32,000 nt of DNA from Pirellula staleyi DSM 6068 (GTDB lineage Bacteria > Planctomycetota > Planctomycetia > Pirellulales > Pirellulaceae). The position numbers were made by a program, and so were the translations under genes. Position 1 is the first letter of the stretch. Each line of letters begins with the position of its first letter. The DNA lies in NCBI GenBank assembly GCA_000025185.1, contig CP001848.1, positions 3,480,001-3,512,000 of the forward strand, read 5' to 3'. Positions 24,911-32,000 of the stretch are shown piece by piece. Below the pieces are notes generated by a model. It saw only the letters and a list, made by a program, of their open reading frames with translations, was not told where the DNA came from and did not search any database.

Positions 24911-27288
24911 CAGCGGGCTCCTGCGGTGAGAGAGGCGGGATATGTTGGTCTGCTACTTTGTGCGGTGGCGGCAGCAGGAGCAAGCCAGCGATCGATATCT
25001 TGATACAGCGAAATACGGGGACCTTCGAGCACCACGCGATCTTTGCGATAAGCGTAATGATCGACCAACTGCCAGAGCGGCAGGACTTCTACTTCTTCAT
25101 GAACAAGGCGGTGCAGTTGAGCTAATCGCTGCCGCGCAACTTGCCAGTTACGAGCCCCATCAAGCTGTTGCAGCGATAATTTAATGAACGGGTTGTTCGT
25201 CGGAGCAATCCCCAACTCGCCGAACAGCCGCGAGGCGTCGGTGAGAGGTTCCCAAGCCGCCAGTTGGCGGTAGACCAAATCGCAGCTTCCGTCAGGATCA
25301 TCAAATACCCCCGGTGGAAACTCTTTCAAGGTGCATTCGATCTTGAGGAGCTTCCACTGAGCCTTAATTGCGCGACAAGCAATGCGGCTGGTTTCGTCGG
25401 CGGGATGTCCGAGCACGAGGGGCTCGAGTTTGGGTACCGCTTCCATCGCTTTCTCTTTGGCCGAACGAATTTCAGCTTCCGCCAAAATGCGTAGTGTGGC
25501 TGCGAGTCGTGGATCGTACGGGCGCGGGAGAACCGTTTCGTCGTAGGCATACGCCCCTTGCTGATTCCCTTCAAAGGGAGCCGGAAACGGACCACTCACG
25601 AGTTGTGAACCAGCAATCTGTCGATCCCCAAGCAGACCTTTGTCGAGAATCAGCTGGCGGTTGATGCCATACAGCAGAGCGCGCCGAAAGGTCCGGTTCG
25701 AGAGAAACGGATGGTTCATCCGCACGGTCAGCAGATGGGTTGTCGGGACGTTGTAAGGAGCGACGACGATATTCGGATCGCTTGAAAATGCGTTAATATC
25801 CCCAGGAAAGAGGGCATCAATGACATCGATTTCGCCCCGCCTTAGTCCGTTGATCGCGCGGTCGGTGTCGTCGTAGACTCGCTCGGCCACTTCGCTCGGA
25901 CTGCTCGGAGTTGTCTCGGTCGACTGAGCACGCACGAGTCGCATCACCGTGCTGTCTTGCGCGAGAATTGCGTACTGCTTCAGGTTGCCGACCCCGGTGG
26001 TTGGCAGAGGAACATTCCGCAGCAAAGCCTGCGGCATGACGTGGAGCAACTTGAACTCCGTGATCACCCGCGCGGGACTGGCAACGCGCACGCTGTCGAT
26101 AGTGCGGGCCCAGGCGGCATTGAATTCGTCGCTCGCCGGATCGGCAGTTCGCAGTAGCACGTTCGACAGCCAAACTGCAGCCGGCATTTCTCCTTGGGCA
26201 TTGCTCGCCGCAGCTAGCGCCGGGGGCAAGACAAACGTCAGCTGCAGTCCATCTTCGGATAGCGTGGTGGTGCCAAGTGGCGAGGCATACACGCCCCCTT
26301 CAGCGGTGAGTGATTTCAGCTGCATCAGCGTCGCCGAAGTGAGTTGCCCCGTTCGGCGGGCTGCCGGATTTTGCAAACTCGTCGGCGCGAGTTCGTGAGC
26401 AGGATGCGTTACACCGATGACGACGCGAGGATATAAGCGTCGCAGTTCCGCCACGAGGGCCGCGCCCCCTTCGACCTCGGGCCAAACGGCCTGCATGTTC
26501 GATAGCTCATCGTGCGCTTCGGCAAAACGTTTCGCTTTCAGATGTTCCGCAGCAGCATCGCGATGAATGGCGGCTAGCGAGTCGAGCTGTTCACGCCACT
26601 TTTTAGCAAACGTTTCATTCGATGCTTTGTAAGTCGTTTCGAGTCGCTTCAGCAGCGTGCGTGTGCTGGAATAGTCTTCCTTCTCGAAATAGCCCGCCAA
26701 CATGCGATCGGCAATATTTCCGAGCACCGCCATCAAGGTGGGAGCCGTTTCACTCGCTCGATATTGCGGGTTCTGTGCCCACAGCTCTTCAAGGACCGCC
26801 AGCGCCTCGTCGTACTTATGCTTACTAAAAGCAGCCCCGGCCGATCGGTAAAGGAACGACTCGCGCGAGTTCTTCAGCCCGTCGAGCTTCGGGTAATAGT
26901 CCAGCAAGAAGACCAGGTAGTCGAACGCTTCATCGAGCTTGCCATCGGCGATCAACTTGTCGGTCTCTGCCAGTACGATCTGTTCGTAGAGCTCCAGTTT
27001 TTTGATATCCCCCCAAGCGATTTCGAACTCACGCGCATCGTTAACCAGTCGCAAGCGAAGTTTTTCTGTTGGGCGCGGATTCGACGGCACCAGTCGTCCA
27101 GGAAGCTTGAGAGGCTGAACGACTAGCACTTGGGGCATCCCCATCTCTTCGATCGTGATGCGATCGAACGGGACCTGCTGATAGAGTCGCTTCCCTCCTT
27201 GCGCTGAAACTTCGCGCGACCATGCCGACACCAGCGCCAGCCAGGCGAGTGCAAGAAGAATCGGTTTAGCGAAGTGTGGCGAAAGCAT
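24910..27288 (-). CDS. Family-5 (peptide/nickel type) solute-binding-protein-like exported protein with a TPR-like N-terminal extension
   Basis: The signal peptide is MLSPHFAKPILLALAWLALVSAWSREVSAQ. The SBP_bac_5-like core reads GEIDVIDALFPGDINAFSSDPNIVVAPYNVPTTHLLTVRMNHPFLSNRTFRRALLYGINRQ. The window contains no permease or ATPase genes. Confidence 0.8.
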   Translation of the reverse strand: MLSPHFAKPILLALAWLALVSAWSREVSAQGGKRLYQQVPFDRITIEEMGMPQVLVVQPLKLPGRLVPSNPRPTEKLRLRLVNDAREFEIAWGDIKKLELYEQIVLAETDKLIADGKLDEAFDYLVFLLDYYPKLDGLKNSRESFLYRSAGAAFSKHKYDEALAVLEELWAQNPQYRASETAPTLMAVLGNIADRMLAGYFEKEDYSSTRTLLKRLETTYKASNETFAKKWREQLDSLAAIHRDAAAEHLKAKRFAEAHDELSNMQAVWPEVEGGAALVAELRRLYPRVVIGVTHPAHELAPTSLQNPAARRTGQLTSATLMQLKSLTAEGGVYASPLGTTTLSEDGLQLTFVLPPALAAASNAQGEMPAAVWLSNVLLRTADPASDEFNAAWARTIDSVRVASPARVITEFKLLHVMPQALLRNVPLPTTGVGNLKQYAILAQDSTVMRLVRAQSTETTPSSPSEVAERVYDDTDRAINGLRRGEIDVIDALFPGDINAFSSDPNIVVAPYNVPTTHLLTVRMNHPFLSNRTFRRALLYGINRQLILDKGLLGDRQIAGSQLVSGPFPAPFEGNQQGAYAYDETVLPRPYDPRLAATLRILAEAEIRSAKEKAMEAVPKLEPLVLGHPADETSRIACRAIKAQWKLLKIECTLKEFPPGVFDDPDGSCDLVYRQLAAWEPLTDASRLFGELGIAPTNNPFIKLSLQQLDGARNWQVARQRLAQLHRLVHEEVEVLPLWQLVDHYAYRKDRVVLEGPRISLYQDIDRWLAPAAATAQSSRPTYPASLTAGAR

Positions 27289-27348
27289 GCGATGATGGGC
27301 TGCGATGTGTGCCGTCTAAGGAAGGGAAAACGTTTCGCGAGCAAAATT

Positions 27349-30300
27349 CTAGGGGCTTGCCGGTTTGGGAATCGTGACAAACAGCAATTGACCATCGGCG
27401 GCGGCGACAGCGAGTCGCGTTTCAAGCACGGCATTCACGCCAGTCACGACGCGTCCAATTTCGCCCGTCGCAATGATTTTTCCCGTCGCTCCCTCCACAC
27501 GGACCAGCTTGCCACTGGTGCTCACCAGTAGCAGATCGCTTCCGAGCACCACCGGCGGGCCAGCGAGTTGATCGCTGTAGTCGAGGATCCACTTAGTTTC
27601 ACCATCAGCACCAAGCGCGATGATCCCTTCGGGCTGCGTAGCGACGAGCACCAAATCGAGCGCCGCAAAGGGACCACTCGTCACTCGTCCGGCAAGTTTT
27701 TTGGTCTCGGTGACCGCGAGTGTTTGCGGGTGGATGGTCACTAGGCTGTCGACCGCTTCACCACGTCCCACACCAACGATCGTGCTGGCCACGCGGGCGA
27801 GTTGCTTAGCGAGTGGAAGCGTTGAAGTGGATTCTCCAGCAAGCGCCAATTGCGGTGGTGTCCCCGCACGCTCGACCAGTTTGTAGAGCATCACACCCCC
27901 GTCGGAGAGGAGAATGTTTTTGCCATCCTCCAGGAGTAGTGGCGAGAGCCAGGGGAACTTCGCGCCTGCTTTCAGCGGCGGAGTGAATGGGAAGATCGGG
28001 GCCTCACCTGTGAGAGGATTCACCGCTTGCACAGGCCCTTTTTCGAGCGGCACAATCACCGAACTCCCGAGGACGAGTGGCGTGCAACGAGAGCTTCCAT
28101 CGATCGAGCTGAACTCGGTGTAGCGGCTCTTCTCTTTCTCTTCGAGGTTGCACAGGATACCGCGATTTCCGGTTCCAAAGCCGCTGATCAAATACTGATT
28201 GTTGCCGAGATTCGAGAGCTGCGACAGCGAAATCGGACCACCTCCGAGAGGTGGTGTGAGCTGCGGAGTTGCGTAAAGTCCTTGTCGCAGTGCATCCCGC
28301 GGAATGCTGTAGAGCAGCCCTCCACGGGTGGCTGCAAAAACTTCGGAGCGAGGCTGATGAATCAGCACCGCAGCGAGTTGCTGCGCGATGCGTGTGGTCC
28401 AAATCGCTTTGCCGTCGGCCGGATTGCAGGCCTCTACCAAAATGCCATCTTGCGTTCCGCGGCGACGCGCGTGCACCAGCACTCCACCAGAAAACTGCAG
28501 TGGCGCGACGAATCGATCCCCCGGGTGAAGTGTCCAGCGCCGAGCTAGTTGTGCGAGAGACGCTTGAATTTCGTAAGCACTCGCGCGAGTGCCTACGAGC
28601 CAGACCTGATTGGCTTCGACAGCTGGGTAGGTTGTCGTGGGTTCCGAATCGGTCGCTTCGAGTTTGCTGATCTCGCGAACGCTCTGCTGCGGGCTCGTGG
28701 GGTCGATCTCGATGACCGATGTTTGGCCAAGATCGGTCACCGCAATCACCCGGCGACTTGCTGTGAGCAGCGGTTCGGTAATTCGTCCCGCGAGCCGAAA
28801 CACTTTGCTCGTCGGTTGAAGCTGTTTGTTCTCGCCGGTTGGGGCGAGTGTTCGCAGCACGCTGTAGTTGATCCCCGGGCTCTCCGCGATCACCACATGG
28901 TCGAGCACCACCAGCGGCGGAACAAGAATCGAACCTTCAAGATGCCCCAGAAAACTCGTCTCTTCACACGCCAGCGTTTCCATCCGCAGGGCGAACAGCG
29001 TGCTGTGATCTCCCAGTTGATAGATGCGGCTGCGGCGCGAATCGAGACCAACAGCGGTACTCAGTTTCTGAGGAAGTTTGACCTGCCGTGGCGATGTTCC
29101 GTCGGCCAGCGCGATCTCGTAGATCGTCCCACTTTCGCAGCTGATGTAGGCGACGTCGGTTCCTACCACTGGACCAAAAAAACGTTCCCCTGGCGCGTGT
29201 CGCCACTTGATGCTGCCGGTCGCTGGCTCGAAACAGCAGAGAGTGCTCGTGCGCACATCGACAGCGAGCCAGTCGCCCGTCGGAGTCACCACAACGGCAG
29301 GGGCTCCCTGTCCTAGATACTTGTGCCACTTGAGAGCACCAGTGCCGAGGTCAAACGCATGGAGGCTTCCTTCGACAACCACAGGAACCAATCCGGTTGT
29401 GGCTCCTGTCCCTGCGGTTTCCGCATGCGAAAGCGCGATCGCAATCACACCTTCGGCAGCGGCAGCGGGGGCAGCAGGAAGGGGATTGTCACGCACTTCA
29501 ATTTGCAATTGTTCCCCTTGCGACAGCCGATATGTCGCCGCCATTAACGATTCGGAAATTTCGAGGGCTGGATACTTCTTGAGCAGTTCGCGGCGCGTGG
29601 CGTAGCCGGTCGCGGCTTGATTTTGGTCCGCAGCGGCCGTCATTTTTTCGACGGCCGTTTGCAGATCTCGATCTTGATCGATACTGCGCCGCGCGGCATC
29701 GAGTTTCTCGATGATCTGACTGATCCGCACTTCCTGATCTTTGCGTAGAGACGACGGAATGTACGACGGATTGTTCACCAGCGCGATCGCCGCTTCGGTC
29801 TTGGCGACAAGTTCAACGCGCTTCGCGGTGTCGGGTTCGTCTTTCGCTTTCGTGGCAAATCCATCAGCAATATCGGGCAAGATCGACGCCAGTTCGGTAC
29901 GGGCTTCATTGAACGATTCGGTCTCCACCTCAATTTGCGGCAACACCTGCTGCGCTGCTTTCAGGCCTTGCACCGGATCGCTCGCTTTATCGGTCACTTG
30001 GCGAATCTGCGCCATACCACGACGCACACGTGCGAGGCTGCTGTTAGGGTCGCTCGGATACTTTTTCAGAAACTCATCGAACACCGCGATCGCCGTGGAG
30101 TACGATCCGCTCCGATAATCCTCTTCCCCTTTTTGAAACAGCTCTGATGCCGAGCCACGCGTAAGCGAGTAGACCAGTAGGCCTGCAGCCAGCAGCAGCA
30201 CGCCGAGAGCGCCGCCACCAATGAGCAGCAGCGGAGAATCCCACTGGTTCTTCTTTTTCGGTGGAACAACAACACCGGCTGCTGCAGCGGGTTGACCAAG

Positions 30301-31131
30301 CGGACCAGCGAGAGGACCTGCCAAAGGGCCACCCATGAGTGGATCGCTCCCCAGTGGAGCAGGTCCTGCAATGGGATCGACCGCAAACAGATCGTCGATC
30401 GGGGCCGGACCGCTGGGGACGGACAGCGGCGTCAATTCCGTCAGAACTTCCAGATTATCTTCAACCGGAGGCGCGATGGAGGGGGGAGAAATCGGGGCAG
30501 GCTTGCTCTCGCGCTTAGGTGGTGTCGAGCCAGGTTTCTCGAGCGTCTTGAAGCCACGCGGCGCAGGTTGAGGCTTAGGTTTGGGTTCGCTTTTCGGAGG
30601 CGAAGGAGCAGCTTCTGCTTTGGGCTTCTCGGGCTTCGGCTCCACTGGCTTTGAGGACGATTTTGGATTCTCGTCGAAGTCGAGAGGGGCCATGTCGATC
30701 GAGTCGTGAGCCGATGGCGCAGGGGCCACAGGAACCGGCGCTGCTGCAGGAGCCTGGGGAGCCGCTGGAACTGCGGGCTCGAGGTCCACTAGCTCATCGA
30801 GCGGATCGACTTTCGCCGCAGCAGGTGCCGCAGGCTCGAGGTCGACAATGTCCTCTTCTTCCTCAATCGGGAGCATCTCTTTCGCAGGAGCTTTGGTCGG
30901 TGCAACTGCTTGACGCGTTGTGGTGGGAGCATCGGTCGCTTCACTCGCCGACGCGACTAATTTACGCGCTTGAAAATTCGTCAGGTGCTCGTGATCGACC
31001 AGAACTTTGGCCAGCGCTTCGGGAGTGACAATAAACTTCGATTCGCGCAGCTGACGACGCAGTTCGGAGATCACCTTCTCTTCCAGCAGACCTTGTTGCT
31101 CCGCCAGGTCGAGCATCTTCGAAGCCGACAT
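27349..31131 (-). CDS. 1260-aa single-pass membrane protein: cytoplasmic helical N-module plus Pro-rich region, TM, periplasmic TPR-like region and PQQ/BamB-like beta-propeller repeats
   Basis: ATG 31131 was verified. KKKNQW precedes the TM helix LLLIGGGALGVLLLAAGLLVYSL (30166-30234), so the N-terminus is predicted to be inside. A TPR-like segment reads YRSGSYSTAIAVFDEFLKKYPSDP. Propeller signatures include TGALKWHKYLG, TGSIKWRHAPG, DGKAIWTTRI and DGETKWILDY. Confidence 0.85.
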   Translation of the reverse strand: MSASKMLDLAEQQGLLEEKVISELRRQLRESKFIVTPEALAKVLVDHEHLTNFQARKLVASASEATDAPTTTRQAVAPTKAPAKEMLPIEEEEDIVDLEPAAPAAAKVDPLDELVDLEPAVPAAPQAPAAAPVPVAPAPSAHDSIDMAPLDFDENPKSSSKPVEPKPEKPKAEAAPSPPKSEPKPKPQPAPRGFKTLEKPGSTPPKRESKPAPISPPSIAPPVEDNLEVLTELTPLSVPSGPAPIDDLFAVDPIAGPAPLGSDPLMGGPLAGPLAGPLGQPAAAAGVVVPPKKKNQWDSPLLLIGGGALGVLLLAAGLLVYSLTRGSASELFQKGEEDYRSGSYSTAIAVFDEFLKKYPSDPNSSLARVRRGMAQIRQVTDKASDPVQGLKAAQQVLPQIEVETESFNEARTELASILPDIADGFATKAKDEPDTAKRVELVAKTEAAIALVNNPSYIPSSLRKDQEVRISQIIEKLDAARRSIDQDRDLQTAVEKMTAAADQNQAATGYATRRELLKKYPALEISESLMAATYRLSQGEQLQIEVRDNPLPAAPAAAAEGVIAIALSHAETAGTGATTGLVPVVVEGSLHAFDLGTGALKWHKYLGQGAPAVVVTPTGDWLAVDVRTSTLCCFEPATGSIKWRHAPGERFFGPVVGTDVAYISCESGTIYEIALADGTSPRQVKLPQKLSTAVGLDSRRSRIYQLGDHSTLFALRMETLACEETSFLGHLEGSILVPPLVVLDHVVIAESPGINYSVLRTLAPTGENKQLQPTSKVFRLAGRITEPLLTASRRVIAVTDLGQTSVIEIDPTSPQQSVREISKLEATDSEPTTTYPAVEANQVWLVGTRASAYEIQASLAQLARRWTLHPGDRFVAPLQFSGGVLVHARRRGTQDGILVEACNPADGKAIWTTRIAQQLAAVLIHQPRSEVFAATRGGLLYSIPRDALRQGLYATPQLTPPLGGGPISLSQLSNLGNNQYLISGFGTGNRGILCNLEEKEKSRYTEFSSIDGSSRCTPLVLGSSVIVPLEKGPVQAVNPLTGEAPIFPFTPPLKAGAKFPWLSPLLLEDGKNILLSDGGVMLYKLVERAGTPPQLALAGESTSTLPLAKQLARVASTIVGVGRGEAVDSLVTIHPQTLAVTETKKLAGRVTSGPFAALDLVLVATQPEGIIALGADGETKWILDYSDQLAGPPVVLGSDLLLVSTSGKLVRVEGATGKIIATGEIGRVVTGVNAVLETRLAVAAADGQLLFVTIPKPASP

Positions 31132-31224
31132 GAATCACCACCACTACGAGAGATCAAGGTTCAGTTTCAAGGATTTGTCCCACACTTGCAGCCCACACCC
31201 AAGCGCGTTGCAAGCTTCACACAC

Positions 31225-32000
31225 CTACGGCGCTTCGTCATCCTCCACGCTCAGCAGTTGCACTTCTTCCATCCCGACATCGTTCCCCGCATCGATTGCC
31301 ATCACCACGCGTTCGTGCAGCGCTTCACCACTGGCGATGACCAGCATTTTCGTGGGGACCGAGCTTCCACCATCTTCACGAGCCTGACGCAATTTTACCA
31401 GCAATTCCTGCTCGCTAGGGGCTTCTCGTTCGTCGTCCCAGTGGGCGGCAGAAACATAAAACGTGTTCAGCGAATCGACTCGTACCACCACATAGTCGGG
31501 GTTCTCTTCATAGTCCTCGACCGATTTCGCTTGCGTACTCGGTTGATCGCTTTCAGGCTTCGGAATGCTGAGCGATTTCTGCATCGTGAACGAAGCGGTC
31601 ACCATGAAAAAAATCAGCAGCAGGAAGGTGACGTCGACCATCGGCGTCATGTCCATGTCAGCCTCTTGCGGCTGACGCGTCTTACGTTTCATCGAGGGTC
31701 GCGGGGGCTCGTCTTCTTCGTCCACAGCAGCAGGTGGTCGCGGGGGGGAACCTTTCCAGCGAGATTCGCCACTTATCGCAAACGGAGGGGGAGCTGTTTC
31801 CTCATCAACCACCGCCAGTGTCGCGAGTCGTTCGTCGCTAAATGGTTCCACCGATGCATCGGAGGCGTAATTCGGCTCCATCACCACGGTCATTTGCAAG
31901 TCGGAATCGGGAACTTGCACGATGTCGAGTGCAGCCTCATCGCCGGCAACAGCCGCTGCTGATTCGTCTGCAGCGACATCGATAAACAGGTCGCTTGGGT
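31225..32000 (-). CDS. ExbD/TolR-family biopolymer transport protein; the frame stays open to the right edge (possible long acidic N-extension or partial gene)
   Basis: The core is MKRKTRQPQEADMDMTPMVDVTFLLLIFFMVTASF followed by a periplasmic domain. The canonical-looking ATG is at 31692. The track start at 31920 is a GTG. My translation of 31921-31998 in the same frame has no stop (PSDLFIDVAADESAAAVAGDEAALDIV..), so the true start is unresolved. Confidence 0.8.
   Translation of the reverse strand, partial: PSDLFIDVAADESAAAVAGDEAALDIVQVPDSDLQMTVVMEPNYASDASVEPFSDERLATLAVVDEETAPPPFAISGESRWKGSPPRPPAAVDEEDEPPRPSMKRKTRQPQEADMDMTPMVDVTFLLLIFFMVTASFTMQKSLSIPKPESDQPSTQAKSVEDYEENPDYVVVRVDSLNTFYVSAAHWDDEREAPSEQELLVKLRQAREDGGSSVPTKMLVIASGEALHERVVMAIDAGNDVGMEEVQLLSVEDDEAP

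Noticed and set aside
30970-31962. A 330-aa plus-strand ORF spanning the 1260-aa gene start, the intergenic gap and the ExbD gene.
   Set aside because: It is antisense to two well-supported genes and crosses their intergenic region. Its composition is His/Arg/Phe-rich and it has no motifs.

Overview
GC-rich bacterial chromosomal segment. The domain repertoire looks like Planctomycetota, Pirellulales-like: PQQ-like propeller giants, QW-repeat toroid proteins, BatA/DUF58/MoxR, and a kinase with a helical N-module. This lineage call is inference only. I support 21 protein-coding genes, 16 of them on the minus strand. I saw no rRNA, tRNA, CRISPR array, transposase or integrase. The window falls into three blocks. 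Block A (1-12628) is a minus-strand operon running moxR, DUF58, a BatA_N/vWA protein, a 1314-aa exported TPR/PQQ-propeller/HEAT/propeller protein, a 611-aa exported HEAT/propeller paralog, and another membrane vWA protein that is cut by the left edge. A divergently transcribed fourth vWA gene lies at 11537-12628. Block B (12662-23279) holds two adjacent QW-repeat (prenyltransferase/squalene-oxidase-like) proteins, one with a Tat signal. It also holds an orphan HAMP histidine kinase with a CXXCH motif in its outer loop, housekeeping genes (moeA, trpG/pabA-type amidotransferase, Lon-N domain protein, maf, rluA-family synthase), and a tail-anchored Ser/Thr kinase. Block C (23276-32000) is a minus-strand operon running ExbD/TolR, a 1260-aa single-pass protein, an orphan family-5 SBP-like protein and a 544-aa unknown exported protein. 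The 1260-aa protein has a cytoplasmic helical module, a TonB-like EP/KP stretch, and periplasmic TPR and PQQ-like propellers. The best candidates for an undescribed system are block C, a possible ExbD-energised envelope machine with no TonB or TonB-dependent receptor in view, and block A, one MoxR ATPase with four MIDAS proteins and duplicated HEAT/propeller modules. All family assignments come from motifs read by eye in the supplied translations. No database search was run.
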